In this document: piece after piece, positions 1-12,583 of the stretch
Layout of the letters: the number at the start of each line of letters is the position of its first letter
Numbering within the stretch: position 1 is the stretch's first letter
Assembly: GCA_964187785.1 (NCBI GenBank)
Contig: OZ076413.1
Location: forward strand, 44,394,001 to 44,458,000
DNA length: 64,000 nt
Reading direction: 5' to 3'
Origin: Amphiscolops sp. MND2022
Lineage: Eukaryota
Notes under the pieces: generated by a model
The model's input: the letters and a program-made list of their open reading frames with translations, nothing else
Told to the model about the DNA's origin: nothing
Database searches by the model: none
Made by a program: the position numbers and the translations under genes

Positions 1-3000
1 GGAAAAAACCTTGAAAATAGTTTTTGTTCCTAAAAAATGATGTATCATAGAAAGGTATAATCTGTGGACAATCTGTGAGAGATGGTAGATTTGGTTGTAC
101 ATTTTTTGCAGAAACAGATTTTTGTGAGGAGTTTGGGGTTAATTGGTTAAGAGTAGAGTAGTTTTCTGTTTGTAATGTTGTGTCATGTAGGAAAGAAGAG
201 TCAGATTTTGGAATTCTGGTATATATATGATCTTCGTCATCGCTTGTAACGTCAGTATCATTGAGTAAGAGAGATTGTTGAAGAAGGGTTTTATTGTTCT
301 TTTTTATAGGTGTTTTGAACTTGGTTTGAAAAAGAGTTATAGATTTGAATGAGAAAGATTGTAGTGGTTTGACAACAATGTCATTTCCTTTATCATTGAT
401 ACGAATAGAGAATTGGTCTGGTAAGCTTTCTTCATGTTTAATTAGGTAATGTACAGGTTTAAGAGTGTTATCTTGTAGAAGTGCAAAATCTATTTGTGCT
501 GGAAGTTGTTTATGTTTTAATTGGTTGAGTTGTAATTCAGCTTTTGTAAAAGAGCGACTTAACATATCGGCAACAGAGAGATTTTTTCCAGGAGTGTGAA
601 TTATTTTGAGTTTTGAAAATTTTGTTAACTGCATTTGAGCTCTGTAAAAACGAGGACTAAGGTTACCTTTCTTTGTAAAACAATGTAATAAAGGTTTGTG
701 ATCAGTAAAAATGTGTATTGGATGGGGAGAACTAATGATAAGAAATTCAAAAATTTGGAGGGCATGTACTATACCAAGAAGTTCTCTATCAAGTGTGGAG
801 AGTTTTTGTTCTTATGGGTTACGAGAGTTGTAAGATATAACTTTCATTTTGTTTTGTTCATTTAATTGGAATAAGACAGCGCCTAATCCAATAAGGGAAG
901 CGTCAACTGTAATGAAAATTGGATGTTTTGTATTTGGTATTGTAAGTTCTGTTTCAGAAGTGAGAGACATTTTAAGTTTTCGGAAAAGACTTTCGTGTTC
1001 GTCTGTCCATTTCCAAGTAGTGTTCTCATGTAAAAGATCGTAAAATGGTTTGAGGTTAGTATGTAGTTTTTCAATAAATTTGGTGTAAAAATTGAGTGCA
1101 CCAATGAAACTCATTAGGGCAACTTTGCCAAGTGGAGAAGGGATTTTATGGATAGCTGCAATTTTCGAAAGGACTGGTTTAATTGTATTGTAACCAATTT
1201 CATGTCCAAGAAATTTGACTTTAAGAAGCATGAAAAAGGGTTTTTCAGGGGCTAGTTTAAGATTGTTATTTGTACTAATTATGTGTAGTTGTTCTATGTG
1301 TTGGAACATGTGTTCTTTAGAGTCAGATAAAAGTAATATATCGTCAATGTAGACAAGAGCAAAACCTTGTTCTATAAGAGTTTTAAAGAAGGTAGACATC
1401 TGTTTTGTAAAGAAGTTTGGGAGTCCTTTGAGACCATAAAAGCCTCGGATGAAAGCGGAAAGTTTATCTCCTGAGGAGAAACTGGTAAGTTTAATAGTGT
1501 CTTCATCAGAAGGTGTATGTGCATAGGCATACATAAGATCAATAGCAGATTTGTACTTTTTGTTTGCGCGTGCTAATTGTGGAGCGAGAGGTTCAATAGG
1601 CCAAGATTCATCAGATTGTTCTGTATTGGAGTTAAGATGTCGAGCGTCTAATACACCTTTTATAGTATCTCCCTTGAGGATTATAATGAGAGGGTTTAAA
1701 TAAGTTGTGCCATAAACGGGTTTGTCTTGTGGAGAGGAACCAATTTGTTTGATAATGTTATTTTTTCCGGTTCTTTGAGAAGTACATTAAGTTTGTCTCG
1801 GTAGTGAATAGGGACTTTAGAAGGACGTTGTGTCATAAGTTGAGCATTAGGTTTATGTCGAATACCGAAGGGTGTTGAAAGTTTTCCAACATCGTTTTTA
1901 TGAGTTGCATAACATGTTTTATACTTGAGTAACATATTGCAAAGAATAATGTATTCGGTGTCTGTAAGGTCAGAAAATTGGAAGTTAATTTTATTAATAA
2001 TTTTCAGATTTTCAGAAGTGTATGGTAGAGAAGGAAAAATGCGTTTTTCGGAAGTATGAGAAGTAGGCTGAACGTTATATAAAGGAGAAGTTTGATTTGG
2101 AATGTCATCGTTTGTCATATAAATTTGATGTAAGGAGAATTGAGGAGAAGGGGTTGTAGGATCATCGTATTGTACAATATAGTTAGTTTGTGGAAGTGGT
2201 TCAGTGATTTCAGGATGATAGGTATAAGTAACATTATGTATTAAAGTGTTAATATCATTAACTTAGAAGAATTTGGGTTTTTCATTAGAAATTGGAACTT
2301 CAATGTATCCAATATGTCCTGTAGGTAGTGTTGCAACATGTTTTGAGGTGTTTTGTATGATAGTTGCACAAATATCTGGTTTGTCATCAGTGAATACTTC
2401 AATAAAATTGAAATTTGTACGAACTTTATTAGCAAAATAGGTATGAGGTACTGAAGGGAAGAAGTGGTTTTGTGGTGTAGTTGTAAAATGGAGGTTTTGA
2501 TAATTTTGTATTGGAAGGTGTGCAATTTTTGAAGACTTGGGTTTTAGGCGTATTTGAGTCATTGAATTAATTCTATAAATGTATGAGAAATATGGATGAT
2601 CTTTAGATAGGAGTGTTGTGAACTTTGCATAAATTTGGGTGTGTTTTTGATTGGTATTTGAATTCGAGTGTAAAGTCTTGTATGTTTATGTTTTGTATAT
2701 TATCTTCAAAGAAGGGTGTAGCAAGAATGTTGTATTTGATATCAGCTACTGCAAAAGGTACTGAAAAGTAACGAGATTTTTCGTCAATAGTGGTGTTCAA
2801 AATTATATTTGCATAGTGTAAAATAGGAACTTCAGTTTGGTTTGCAACGGTTAATGTTTTGGAATTTCGAGGTGGTCTAACATCAAAAGTGTGATTTGAT
2901 CTGATATCTAAGAGTTTTGTAAGAGTTATGTATGTTGGGTAATTTAATACAGAAATGGAAGCACCGCTATCTAAAAGGAATGCAATTTCCAATCTAGATG

Positions 3001-3145
3001 GGTTGTCTCTCTGTACTATACTTGATGGTGTATGTATATATAATGTATAAAAACCAACTTGTAGGTGTGACAGCATTTGCCATTGCTGTTGGGTGATACA
3101 TGTGTACTTCAAATTTTATAGGGTCAGATTGGTCTTGTTGTTGTA
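1..3145 (-). pseudogene. pol: pol of copy A: aspartic protease (~2700-3000), spacer, reverse transcriptase (~1000-1850), RNase H (~550-920); integrase lies outside the window
   Basis: ORF fragments 2603-3112 (LLDSGASISV), 1696-2118 and 812-1534 (LVYIDDILL, KFLGHEI, FITVDAS). Interrupted by frameshifts. Confidence 0.93.
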
Positions 3146-4417
3146 TCATATTAATTTTGTTTCTGGAATTGGAGTGTGAGCGAGATCTAGAAAATCTAGA
3201 GTCTCTTGGTCTTGATGGTGGTCTGTATGAATTTGTATATTTTGTGAATTTGTTGTCTCTGGAATAGGAGCGTGATCTGTATCTAGGACGAGAGTTGTGT
3301 CGATATGGGGATCTGTATGAAGATCTGTAGGGAGAACGGTAGGACCGGGAATCACGTTTGTATGTATCATATCGTGATCTAGAGTAGTGTGGAGGAGTAG
3401 TACCTTTATCGTAACTAAATCTATCTCTAGATGTAGAACGGTATCGATTTTGTGAATAGTTTTTATTGTAAGAGTTGTCTCTTGAGGTACTTCGACTTCG
3501 GTATCGATTATCATAGTGTTTTGTTCTATCGTTTGAAGGAGAACGGAAGTATTGTACAAAAGATTTTTGTGGAGATTTAGATCGAGCATATGCTTCTCGT
3601 TTATCTTCATCATCTCGTTGTTTTTTGAAACAAGCAGAAAAGAGTGATTTGTTCTATGACAGTATGAGCAAAATTTCTTATATGCAGGTTTATTTTTGTT
3701 ATTTGGATCTTTGGGTTGTGTAAACAAAAGTTGTTCTTGAGATGAAGGGTCAAGAGTTTGAGTGTTCAATTGTTTTGTAATATCATTAATTTCAAGTGCA
3801 AGGTCATGTGTTCTGATTTTGTCGTTTGCAATATCTTCAGCGTCAACAAGTTTTACTAATGTATGAAAAGGAATTGAAGGTTCTAAAACAGTGGAAGTGT
3901 GTTTTACTTGCTTTTTGTTTGCAAAGTCTTCAAGATTTTTTGGAAGTCCTTTTGTAAAGATTTCATTAAATTTAAGGTTGATAGTGGATGCATTCTCATT
4001 ACACCAGCCTTTTTCAACCAGCTGTTGAACTTTGAGTGCAAAATGACGTACTGTTTCATTATCTTTTTTGGTTAAATTAAGGGCTTCAACTTGAGCATAA
4101 TAAGCGTTCTTTTGTGAGGAAAATTGTTTTTTGAAAGCTTGTACAAAAGCGTGCCAATCATGTTTATAGGTGTCGTTTAAACGAATGTACCAACTAAGTG
4201 CTGTACCTGTTAAAGGGCATTGTATGAAAGCCATGTGACGAGCGTGCCAATATTTATATTCATGTTCTGATGTAGGTTGTAAACCTAAGGAAAATGTAAC
4301 ACGTGCCTCTATATGTTGTAAATGTTCTTCAGGTGTATAATTATAATCTAGTCCATCAGAAGGTTTAATGGGTTCCGATATGGAAGTAGAAGAGTTAATA
4401 TATGTTGGGTGTGACAT
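3146..4417 (-). pseudogene. gag: gag capsid/nucleocapsid region, copy A (pol-proximal duplicate)
   Basis: Retrotransposon gag-like helical motifs (LTGTALSWY, FVQAFKKQF, ETVRHFALKV) and a zinc knuckle. A frameshift after the knuckle hides the RS-rich segment that leads into pol. Confidence 0.88.
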
Positions 4418-4641
4418 AGTATTATGAGATACGGTAGATGGTGGTGTTGTATTGTAAGTAGGATTATTTGAAATATTAGTTAAGGAAGAAGTAGAAGTGT
4501 TATGAAAGTGAGGGTTGGTTCTATTGTTGTTGAAGGAGGATTTTGTATTTGAAATTGGGATGTTTGTAATGTAGGTGTGATTGTATTAGACGTATGTTGA
4601 GAAGAAAGAGTATTTAATGGATTGGGTGTGTTGTAATTTAT

Positions 4642-6399
4642 CTAAGATTGTTGTGTATGACTTGGATTAGTACTGGTAAGACCGTACGATAATGGATTAT
4701 TTAATAGAGTATGTAATGGAGGTCGAGAAAGATGTCTGGCAGTGGTATAATTAAAGGATGGGTTGGAATGAATGGTGTTAATATTTAATGTAGGTTGTGT
4801 AGTTGGTACTGGGTTAGTTTGAGCTGGAGTAAAAGTTGAAGTTTGTATTTCAGCAGGTGATGGTGGGGTTGGTGTTTGAAAATGTACTGTATTAGTGTTC
4901 TGTGTAATATGGTGTGTATTTGATGAGCTTTGTTGAGGAGAATTATGGGTGTTTATCTGAGTTGAGAATTGAGGTGGAACAGGAGGTGGATTATAGTTTC
5001 GAGGAGATGGTACTTGTGTCTGAGAGGGTTGTGTAATATTAGTATTGGATGTAGATAAAACAGAGGTATTGTCTGGATTTGTAGTCAAAGTGTTGTCATG
5101 ATTTTGGATGTTAAATTCGTTTTGTGTGATATTGTGGGTAGGAATTATGATAAGATTTGAATCATCAGTTATTGTAAAACTTCGTGTATTTTGTACAGTT
5201 TTTTCAGAGAATTCTGTAAGGTCAGAAAATTGGAAGTTAAATTTATTATTAAATTTCAGATTTTCAGAAGTGTATGGTAGAGAAGGAAACATGCGTTTTT
5301 CGGAAGTATGAGAAGTAGGCTGAACGTTATATAAAGGAGAAGTTTGATTTGGAATGTCATCGTTTGTCATATAAATTTGATGTAAGGAGAATTGAGGAGG
5401 AGGGGTTGTAGGATCATCGTATTGTACAATATAGTTAGTTTGTGGAAGTGGTTCAGTGATTTCAGGATAATAGGTATAAGTTACATTATGTATTAAAGGG
5501 GTAATATCATTAACTTGGAAGAATTTGGGTTTTTCATTAGTAATTGGAACTTCAATGTATCCAATATGTCCTGTAGGTAGTGTTGCAACATGTTTTGAGG
5601 TGTTTTGGATGATAGTTGCACAAATATCTGGTTTGTCATCAGTGAATACTTCAATAAAATTGAAATTTGTACGAAGTTTAGTAGCAAAATAGGTATGAGG
5701 TACTGAAGGGAAGAAGTGGTTTTGTGGTGTAGTTGTAAAATGGAGGTTTTGATAATTTTGTATTGGAAGGTGTGCAATTTTTGAAGACTTGGGTTTTAGG
5801 CGTATTTGAGTCATTGAATTAATTCTATAAATGTAAGAGAAATATGGATGATCTTTAGATAGGAGTGTTGTGAACTTTGCATAATTTGGGTGTATTTTTG
5901 ATTGGTATTTGAATTCGAGTGTAAAGTCTTGTATGTTTATGTTTTGTATATTATCTTCGAAGAAGGGTGTACCAAGAATGTTGTATTTGATATCAGCTAC
6001 TGCAAAAGGTACTGAAAAGTAACGAGATTTTTCGTCAATAGTGGTGTTCAAAATTATATTTGCATAGTGTAAAATAGGAACTTCAGTTTGGTTTGCAACG
6101 GTTAATGTTTTGGAAGTTCGAGGTGGTCCAACATCAGAAGTGTGGTTTGATCTGATATCTAAGAGTTTCGTAAGAGTTATGTATGTTGGGTAATTTAATA
6201 CAGAAATGGAAGCATCGCTATCTAGAAGGAATGCAATTTCCAATCTAGATGGGTTGTCTCTTTGTACTATACTTGATGGTGTATGTACATATAATGTATA
6301 AAACCAACTTGTAGGTGTGACAGCATTTGCCATTGCTGTTGCGTGATACATGTGTACTTCACATTTTATAGGGTCAGATTGGTCTTGTTGTTGTATCAT
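4642..6399 (-). pseudogene. Chimeric ORF: protease + pre-RT spacer fused in frame to the T/P/N/Q-rich gag segment across the duplication junction
   Basis: The 585-aa ORF reads ...QFSDLT|EFSEKTVQN... through the junction. The protease active site is mutated (DSD instead of DSG). Confidence 0.85.
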
Positions 6400-9300
6400 A
6401 TTAATTTTGTTTCTGGAATTGGAAAGTGAGCGAGATCTAGAAAATCTAGAGTCTTTTGGTCTTGAAGGTGGTCTGTATGAACTTGTATATTTTGTGAATT
6501 TGTTGTCTCTGGAATGGGAGCGTGATCTGTATCTAGGACGAGAGTTGTGTCGATATGGGGATCTGTATGAAGATCTGTAGGGAGAACGGTAGGACCGGGA
6601 ATCACGTTTGTATGTATCATATCGTGATCTAGAGTAGTGTGGAGGAGTAGTACTTTTATCGTAACTAAATCTATCTCTAGATGTAGAACGGTATCGATTT
6701 TGTGAATAGTTTTTATTGTAACAGATGTCTCTTGAGGTCCTTCAACTTCGGTATCGATTATCATAGTGTTTTGTTCTATCGTTTGAAGGAGAACGGAAGT
6801 ATTGTACAAAAGATTTTTGTGGAGATTTAGATCGAGCATATGCTTCTCGTTTATCTTCAACATTTCGTTGTTTTTTGAAACAAGCAGAAAGGGAGTGGTT
6901 TGTTTTATGACAGTATGAGCAATATTTCTTATATGCAGGTTTATTTTTGTTATTTGGATCTTTGGGTTGTGTAAACATAAGTTGTTCTTGAGATGAAGGG
7001 TCAAGAGTTTGAGTGTTCAATGGTTTTGTAATATCATTAATTTCAAGTGCAAGGTCATGTGTTCTGATTTTGTCGTTTGCAATATCTTCAGCGTCAACAA
7101 GTTTTACTAATGTATGAAAAGGAATTGAAGGTTCTAAAACAGTGGAAGTGTGTTTTACTTGCCTTTTGTTTGCAAAGTCTTCAAGATTTTTTGGAAGTTT
7201 TTTGTAAAGATTTCATTACATTTAAGGTTGATAGTGGATGCATTCTCATTACACCAGCCTTTTTCAACCAGCTGTTGAACTTTGAGTGCAAATTGACGTA
7301 CTGTTTCATTATCTTTTTTGGTTAAAATAAGGGCTTCAACTTGAACATAACAAGCGTTCTTTTGTGAGGAAAATTGTTTTTTGAAAGCTTGTACAAAAGC
7401 GTGCCAATCATGTTTATAGGTGTCGTTTAAACGAAAGTACCAACTAAGTGCTGTACCTGTTAAAGAGCATTGTATGAAAGCCATGCGACGAGCGTGCCAA
7501 AATTTATATTCATCTTCTGATGAAGGTTGTAAACCTAAGGAAAATGTAACACGTGCCTCTATATGTTGTAAATGTTCTTCAGGTGTATAATTATGATCTA
7601 GTCCATCAGAAGGTTTAATGGGTTCCGATATGGAAGTAGAAGAGTTAATATATGTTGGGTGTGACATAGTATTATGAGATACGGTAGATGGTGGTGTTGT
7701 ATTGTAAGTAGGATTATTTGAGATATTAGTTAAGGAAGTAGTAGAAGTGTTATGAAAGTGAGGGTTGGTTCTATTGTTGTTGAAGGAGGATTTTGTATTT
7801 GAAATTGGGAAGTTTGTAATGTAGGTGTGATTGTATTAGACGTATGTTGAGAAGAAAGAGTATTTAATGGATTGGGTGTGTTGTAATTTATCTGAGATTG
7901 TTGTGCATGACTTGGATTAGTACTGGTAAGACTGTACGATAATGGATTATTTAATATAGTTTGTAATGGAGGTCGAGAAAGTTGTCTGGCAGTGGTATAA
8001 TTAAAGGATGGTTTGGAATGAATGGTGTTAATATTTAATGTAGGTTGTGTAGTTGGCACTGGGTTAGTTTGAGCTGGAGTATAAGTTGAAGTTTGTATTT
8101 CAGGAGGTGATGGTGGGGTTGGTGTTTGAAAATGTACTGTATTAGTGTTCTGTGTAATATGGTGTGTATTTGATGAGCTTTGTTGAGGAGAATTATGGTT
8201 GTTTATCTGAGTTGAGAATTGAGGTGGAACAGGAGGTGGATTATAGTTTCGAGGAGATGGTACTTGTGTCTGAGAGGGTTGTGTAATATTAGTATTGGAT
8301 GTAGATAAAACAAAGGTATTGTCTGGCTTTGTAGTCAAAGTGTTGTCATGATTGTTGTTAATGGTTGTTAAATTCGTTTTGTGTGATATTGTGGGTAGGA
8401 ATTATGATAAGATTTGAATCATCAGTTATTGTACAAATTCGTGTATTTTGTACAGTTTCTTCAGAGAATTCTTATGTATCGTGAATTGTAGTTGTTTCAG
8501 AAGGATTTGGTTGTTGTATATCTGAGATTTGTGATAGTGGTGGGTATAGTGGTTGTTCTTGAGGAGGATCAGAATTTTGAAAAAGGTTAGCAAGGGCTTC
8601 TTGTTCTGATTGTTCTGATTGATGTCTCGTATATAGGTTCAACATTAGAGGTTTGTTCTTCAGGAGTTGTTTCAGGAGAAGTATCAGATGTAATAAAAGG
8701 TCTGTTATCTGATGTTTCAGAATGTTCAAGCAAAAAGTTGTGATCTAAGATTATTTGTTCAAAATGTGTATCATTGAATGATGTAAGATCTCTGTAGTGT
8801 AAATGTTTGTTTTCATTTTTGATGATGTATGGTAAAAGTACTATATGTGTTAGTATTTGAGGGATTTTAATGTAAGCTTGTTGATCTTTTTGTTCCCAAA
8901 GTAATTGATAGTTAAATCTAAGAAACGTTAATAGGAATTGGTTAAAAATTTTGACTTGAGGTATAGTGTCATCCGTAAGGATAATGTTGTTAAAGAATCT
9001 GTATTGAAAATTTTTTATTTGTAAAATATCTCGTTGTAGCCAATAATGAGGGTTATCATGTCTTTGAATTTTTGTGTCAAGATCGGGGACCTCGAAATAT
9101 TCAGATCTGTGTTTTAGTTTTTGTAGGTGAGAAGGACAATAGAGTGGTGTGTCTTGGTTTTCATTGAACTCGATGAGTTTTTGCATATATGTGCGGAAAA
9201 CATCTTGTATAGAAAGTGTAATATTTTGTGGGTGAATGGTTTTTTAAAGTGTTCCAGAGCTTATTCGTTTAACTGGGTTAAAATTAACTTGAAAAGGGGT

Positions 9301-9522
9301 TTGTGATGGTGTTATTTCAAGTGTTTTATATCGAATGTAATAAAGATAAGAATCACAATGTTCTCGTGCTAATGGAATAGTATGTACTGTATGGGGTTCT
9401 GTTTCGAATGGAAGTGGATTTGTGTACTGAAAGATAATGTTATCCAGAAAAGGTGTTACATCTTGTATGAGAGATCGAGTTTGTCTTTTTTCTGTATTTA
9501 ATGTAAATGGAGTAGGAAGCAT
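6396..9522 (-). pseudogene. gag: gag with a long N-terminal extension (LTR-proximal duplicate), fragmented
   Basis: Consecutive ORF fragments 9244-9522, 8587-9186, 8472-8729, 7730-8338, 7155-7667 and 6742-7020, separated by stops or frameshifts, leading to capsid-like and zinc-knuckle motifs. Confidence 0.75.
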
Positions 9523-9782
9523 TATGTGGTGTAAGATTTAGTTAGTAGAATAAGATTGCCATAAAGGGTAGATGTATTGGAAAAGAAGATATTTTGTATT
9601 AAATTGTGTGGTTGTATTAAATTATATGGTAAGATTTGGTCTATGAATACAACTTGTAAGAAGATTGTAAGTGCTGTACTTAGGAAAAGAAGAAATGGGT
9701 TTTGTATATATTGAATCAGCGTATAAAAGGTGTGGTAAATACTAAGCAGTCCAAAAAGAGGTAGTACTATACTTGTTAACAT
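9522..9782 (-). CDS. 86-aa hydrophobic ORF upstream of gag (two hydrophobic segments)
   Basis: ATG start. Hydrophobic runs IVLPLFGLLSIY and FLLFLSTALTIFLQVVFI. Its stop overlaps the next ATG (TAATG at 9520-9524). Confidence 0.45.
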   Translation of the reverse strand: MLTSIVLPLFGLLSIYHTFYTLIQYIQNPFLLFLSTALTIFLQVVFIDQILPYNLIQPHNLIQNIFFSNTSTLYGNLILLTKSYTT

Positions 9783-9801
9783 AGAAGGAAAAGGTTGTAC
9801 T

Positions 9802-9924
9802 TTAAAATTTTGGTATGAACGAAATTAAGAAGTTGTCAAGAAAAAATGCAAGACCGGCAACAATAGCAATAAAGAACCAAAAGCAGACAATGAGCTCAAC
9901 TACAATGTCTACTGATGACGGCAT
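9802..9924 (-). CDS. 40-aa single-transmembrane micro-ORF upstream of gag
   Basis: Manual translation MPSSVDIVVELIVCFWFFIAIVAGLAFFLDNFLISFIPKF*. Below the ORF-track size cutoff. Confidence 0.4.
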   Translation of the reverse strand: MPSSVDIVVELIVCFWFFIAIVAGLAFFLDNFLISFIPKF

Positions 9925-10339
9925 GTACAATAAAGTTCTATTAGGAGTATATCAAGAAGTTTGTATAAAAACTTTGTTATATATATGTGTGAAAAATGAG
10001 AGTTGTATAAAGAATTGTTTGATATATTTGTTATATATTTGTAATTGTTATGTATTTGGATCCGTAAAGTAGTTTTGAAAGAATTTTGCATGGTGTGTGT
10101 ACTACAGGAGAGAGAGAAAGAAGTATTAGAATAGGGGGATGTGTAAAATATATGTTATATAGGTGTGCCAACTTTAAAGTTGATCCAAGCGGCTAGAACC
10201 AAAGAATTTTTACTAGCAGGAATCGCTGAATAGCACTGTAGAAGGGCCAACACGTATCGCACGTCTGCGGTTAGAACGGAAGAAAGAGAGAAAGCCAACA
10301 CGAATTCACTCAGAGGTGGTTGGAACGAAAAAATTTTTA

Positions 10340-10470
10340 CTGACAGGAATTACGCGAATAGACGTAGTCAGAACCAAGAATTTTGACTGACAGGAATTAC
10401 GTTGAGAAACGCAGTCAGAACAAAAAAGTGTAACTGACAGGAATTACGTGAGGAGACGTAGTCAGAACCA
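10340..10470 (-). repeat. 47-bp tandem repeats in the 5' leader, each a bulged stem-loop
   Basis: CTGAC...GTCAG units start at 10340, 10387 and 10434. The same array recurs at 47329-47440. Confidence 0.85.
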
Positions 10471-10644
10471 CAGCAACACGAATCAATGTCTAATGGAAAT
10501 TGGTTGCAACGTTGAAGTTAATAACGGTAGGCTATATTGAGAGGTGGAGAAATTGTGTGTCGAACAAAGAGATATCGGATGAGAAAGTCGAGAAAAGGTG
10601 TACTAAAATTGTAGAGTTGTGAAATGAGTGGGAGAGAAAGAAGA

Positions 10645-10662
10645 ATTTTCTTGGTCGCACCA
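10645..10662 (-). promoter_or_regulatory. Primer binding site of copy A (TGGTGCGACCAAG...)
   Basis: TGG starts 2 nt after the LTR-terminal CA. Identical at 47615-47632. Cognate tRNA not assigned. Confidence 0.8.
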
Positions 10663-10664
10663 AT

Positions 10665-11075
10665 TGAGCTGTTAAAAAGAGTTGTGGTTGTTTTTTTAGA
10701 TGTTTTATTACAGACATAAGAAGTCTAAGATTTTAACAGCAGAGTCGTCTTACTTTATACCTTGTAGCTAGATAGTTCTAAGTACAATCTGTTTCTGAGA
10801 TCTCAGTTCTTGAAATGTTGGAGAGAAGACCGATCGTCAGGATGATTTCTCAATTTCTCCGAGTAGATATATTCTATTAACTAGGGTAGGTTTCATCAAT
10901 TAACAATGTGACAGCAACAGGATGAATCTAAGAAGCTTGTTACAAGATATATTAAATGAAGTTTCTTCTAGAATAATTAGCTTTCAAATGAGATTACATT
11001 TACTAATTACTTTGGTTAGGAGTTCAGAGTATTTCAGATTTATAGAATCTTTGAGGACATGCATCATGGCATCAC
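10665..11075 (-). repeat. 5' LTR of copy A (~411 bp)
   Basis: Homologous to the LTRs at 47635-48046, 49856-50274 and 58737-59155. Sense termini (T)GTGATG...AGCTCA; the outermost base is missing or altered here. Confidence 0.93.
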
Positions 11076-11990
11076 TAAAGGGTCCCTTTTTCCCGAATTT
11101 TCGGCACTATGAGACTGATCAAAATTCTCGTTTTTGTTTTTTTTTCGAAAATTTCAAAAGAATTCCTTCTCAATTTTTTTCGAAAATTTTTAAAGACTTA
11201 CTTCTCATTTTTTGTTTTTTTTTTCAAAAATTTTCAAAGTCTACAAAGGGTCCACCCTTTTTGTTTGATATCTTGCAACAGAACGAATGTTAAAAAATCG
11301 CAAAGGGTCCCTTTTTCAGATTTTTCGGCACTATGAGACTGCCATTAAAATTTCTTTTTTGTTTTTCGAAAATTATTAATTTAAGACTCTAAAGAGTCCC
11401 CCTTCAATTTTTTGAAATTTTGCAACAGAATGGATGTTAAAAAATCTCAAAGGGTCCCCTCTTTCACAGTTTCCGGCATTGTGACATTTTTCAAAAGGAA
11501 TAATTTTCGTGTTAAAATTAGGTTTTCTCAGGTCCGCACGCTATATCCGATTTTTAATGTTTTAAAAGACCGGTGTTTTTTCTATGCGACTTAAAAAAAA
11601 TTGTTTCACCGGAGCCCCAATTTGTTTCCTCAAATTTTGTAAGAAACGAAACGTTTTGCGAGAGTTAAGGACTCCTCAAGGTTTTCGGCACTATGCGACT
11701 TACCGAAGACCATTAAAAATATTTTTGAAAAATTTTTTCTTCAATTTTCTGTTTTTAAAGGTTTTTCGTTGAGAAAAATGGGTTTTTGCTGTTTCCAGTT
11801 GGGGAAGAATGGTTTTCGCGACTTATGCGTATCCTTTCGGGTATTTTTTGGCGCTGTATATTGTAAAATTTATGAAATTTTAATGTCCTTTTACCCTTGG
11901 TTTTCCTTATGATATTGCTTATTTGGTTTTCAAAAGTTCGCAAGCGTTTGCGAAGCACGGCTTCGCCTCTGTGTAACAGTTCCACAACCA
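11076..11990 (+). repeat. Dispersed repeat with internal tandem units (AAAGGGTCCC...TTTCGGCACTATGAGACT), probably a non-autonomous Helentron/DINE-1-like element
   Basis: Several degenerate units. Same family as 28760-29256 and 49064-49543. Confidence 0.6.
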
Positions 11991-12583
11991 CATTTGTACT
12001 CAAAAATATTCAGAGTTCTAGGTGCGTAGCGTATGGTTTTGGCTCAGGTTAATATACGAATTATTAATTTCAACTAACCACATTGTGTATGCATAGTGCA
12101 CACGGTGCTCCATATGCATGTACAGTGCACTTTGTGATCTTTGTGCATGTATATTGCACTTTGTGCTCCAGGTGTGCCTAAGATTTAATTGCAGTCCTTG
12201 AGTACAAATTTTGATCATAAAATAACGACGACTTGAACTAGGATGATAAATCGATAATTCCCATTAACTAGAGACTAATTGGGAGCGAATAACCCATTTC
12301 CCGCGGTCCGTACTCCAAACGGGTCAGGAGGGGATACTTTTTGCGACAATGGGTTGATAGAAGTGATAGTGGTAGCAAAAACTAAATTATGAAATTGTAC
12401 AATGTGCTCTATGTGCATGTAAATTGACATATATTTTTCTGCCCATGTCCTCAGACCAATTAATTGGCAACTAATTGCAATTAATTGGGATTGGCAACAA
12501 TCAATTAATGTAATTAGGGAAGTACCAACAATCAATTGTTTCGCCAATTTATTGCAGTTAATTTTTGAAGGGTTCTGATCACA

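Larger units (their letters stand above)
1961..8472. repeat. Internal tandem duplication of ~3.25 kb (units 1961-5215 and 5213-8472)
   Basis: Two near-identical colinear units. The junction TCAGAGAAT-TCT-GTAAGG at 5213-5215 shares a 3-bp microhomology (TCT) with both parental contexts (1961-1963 and 8470-8472). Confidence 0.95.
1..11075 (-). mobile_element. Ty3/Gypsy LTR retrotransposon copy A (5' half; runs off the left edge), degenerate
   Basis: On the minus strand: LTR, PBS, then gag (CCHC-like knuckle CSYCHRTNH), protease (LLDSGASIS), RT (YIDD) and RNase H (TVDAS...VISYNSR, ADMLSR) in Gypsy order. Several stops and frameshifts. Confidence 0.95.

Noticed and set aside
10340..10470. CRISPR-like array or hammerhead ribozymes (CTGA...GAAAC...GTC on the + strand)
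   Set aside because: Variable parts are only ~8 nt, there are no cas genes, and the context is eukaryotic. The hammerhead core CUGANGA is not matched (CTGACAG).
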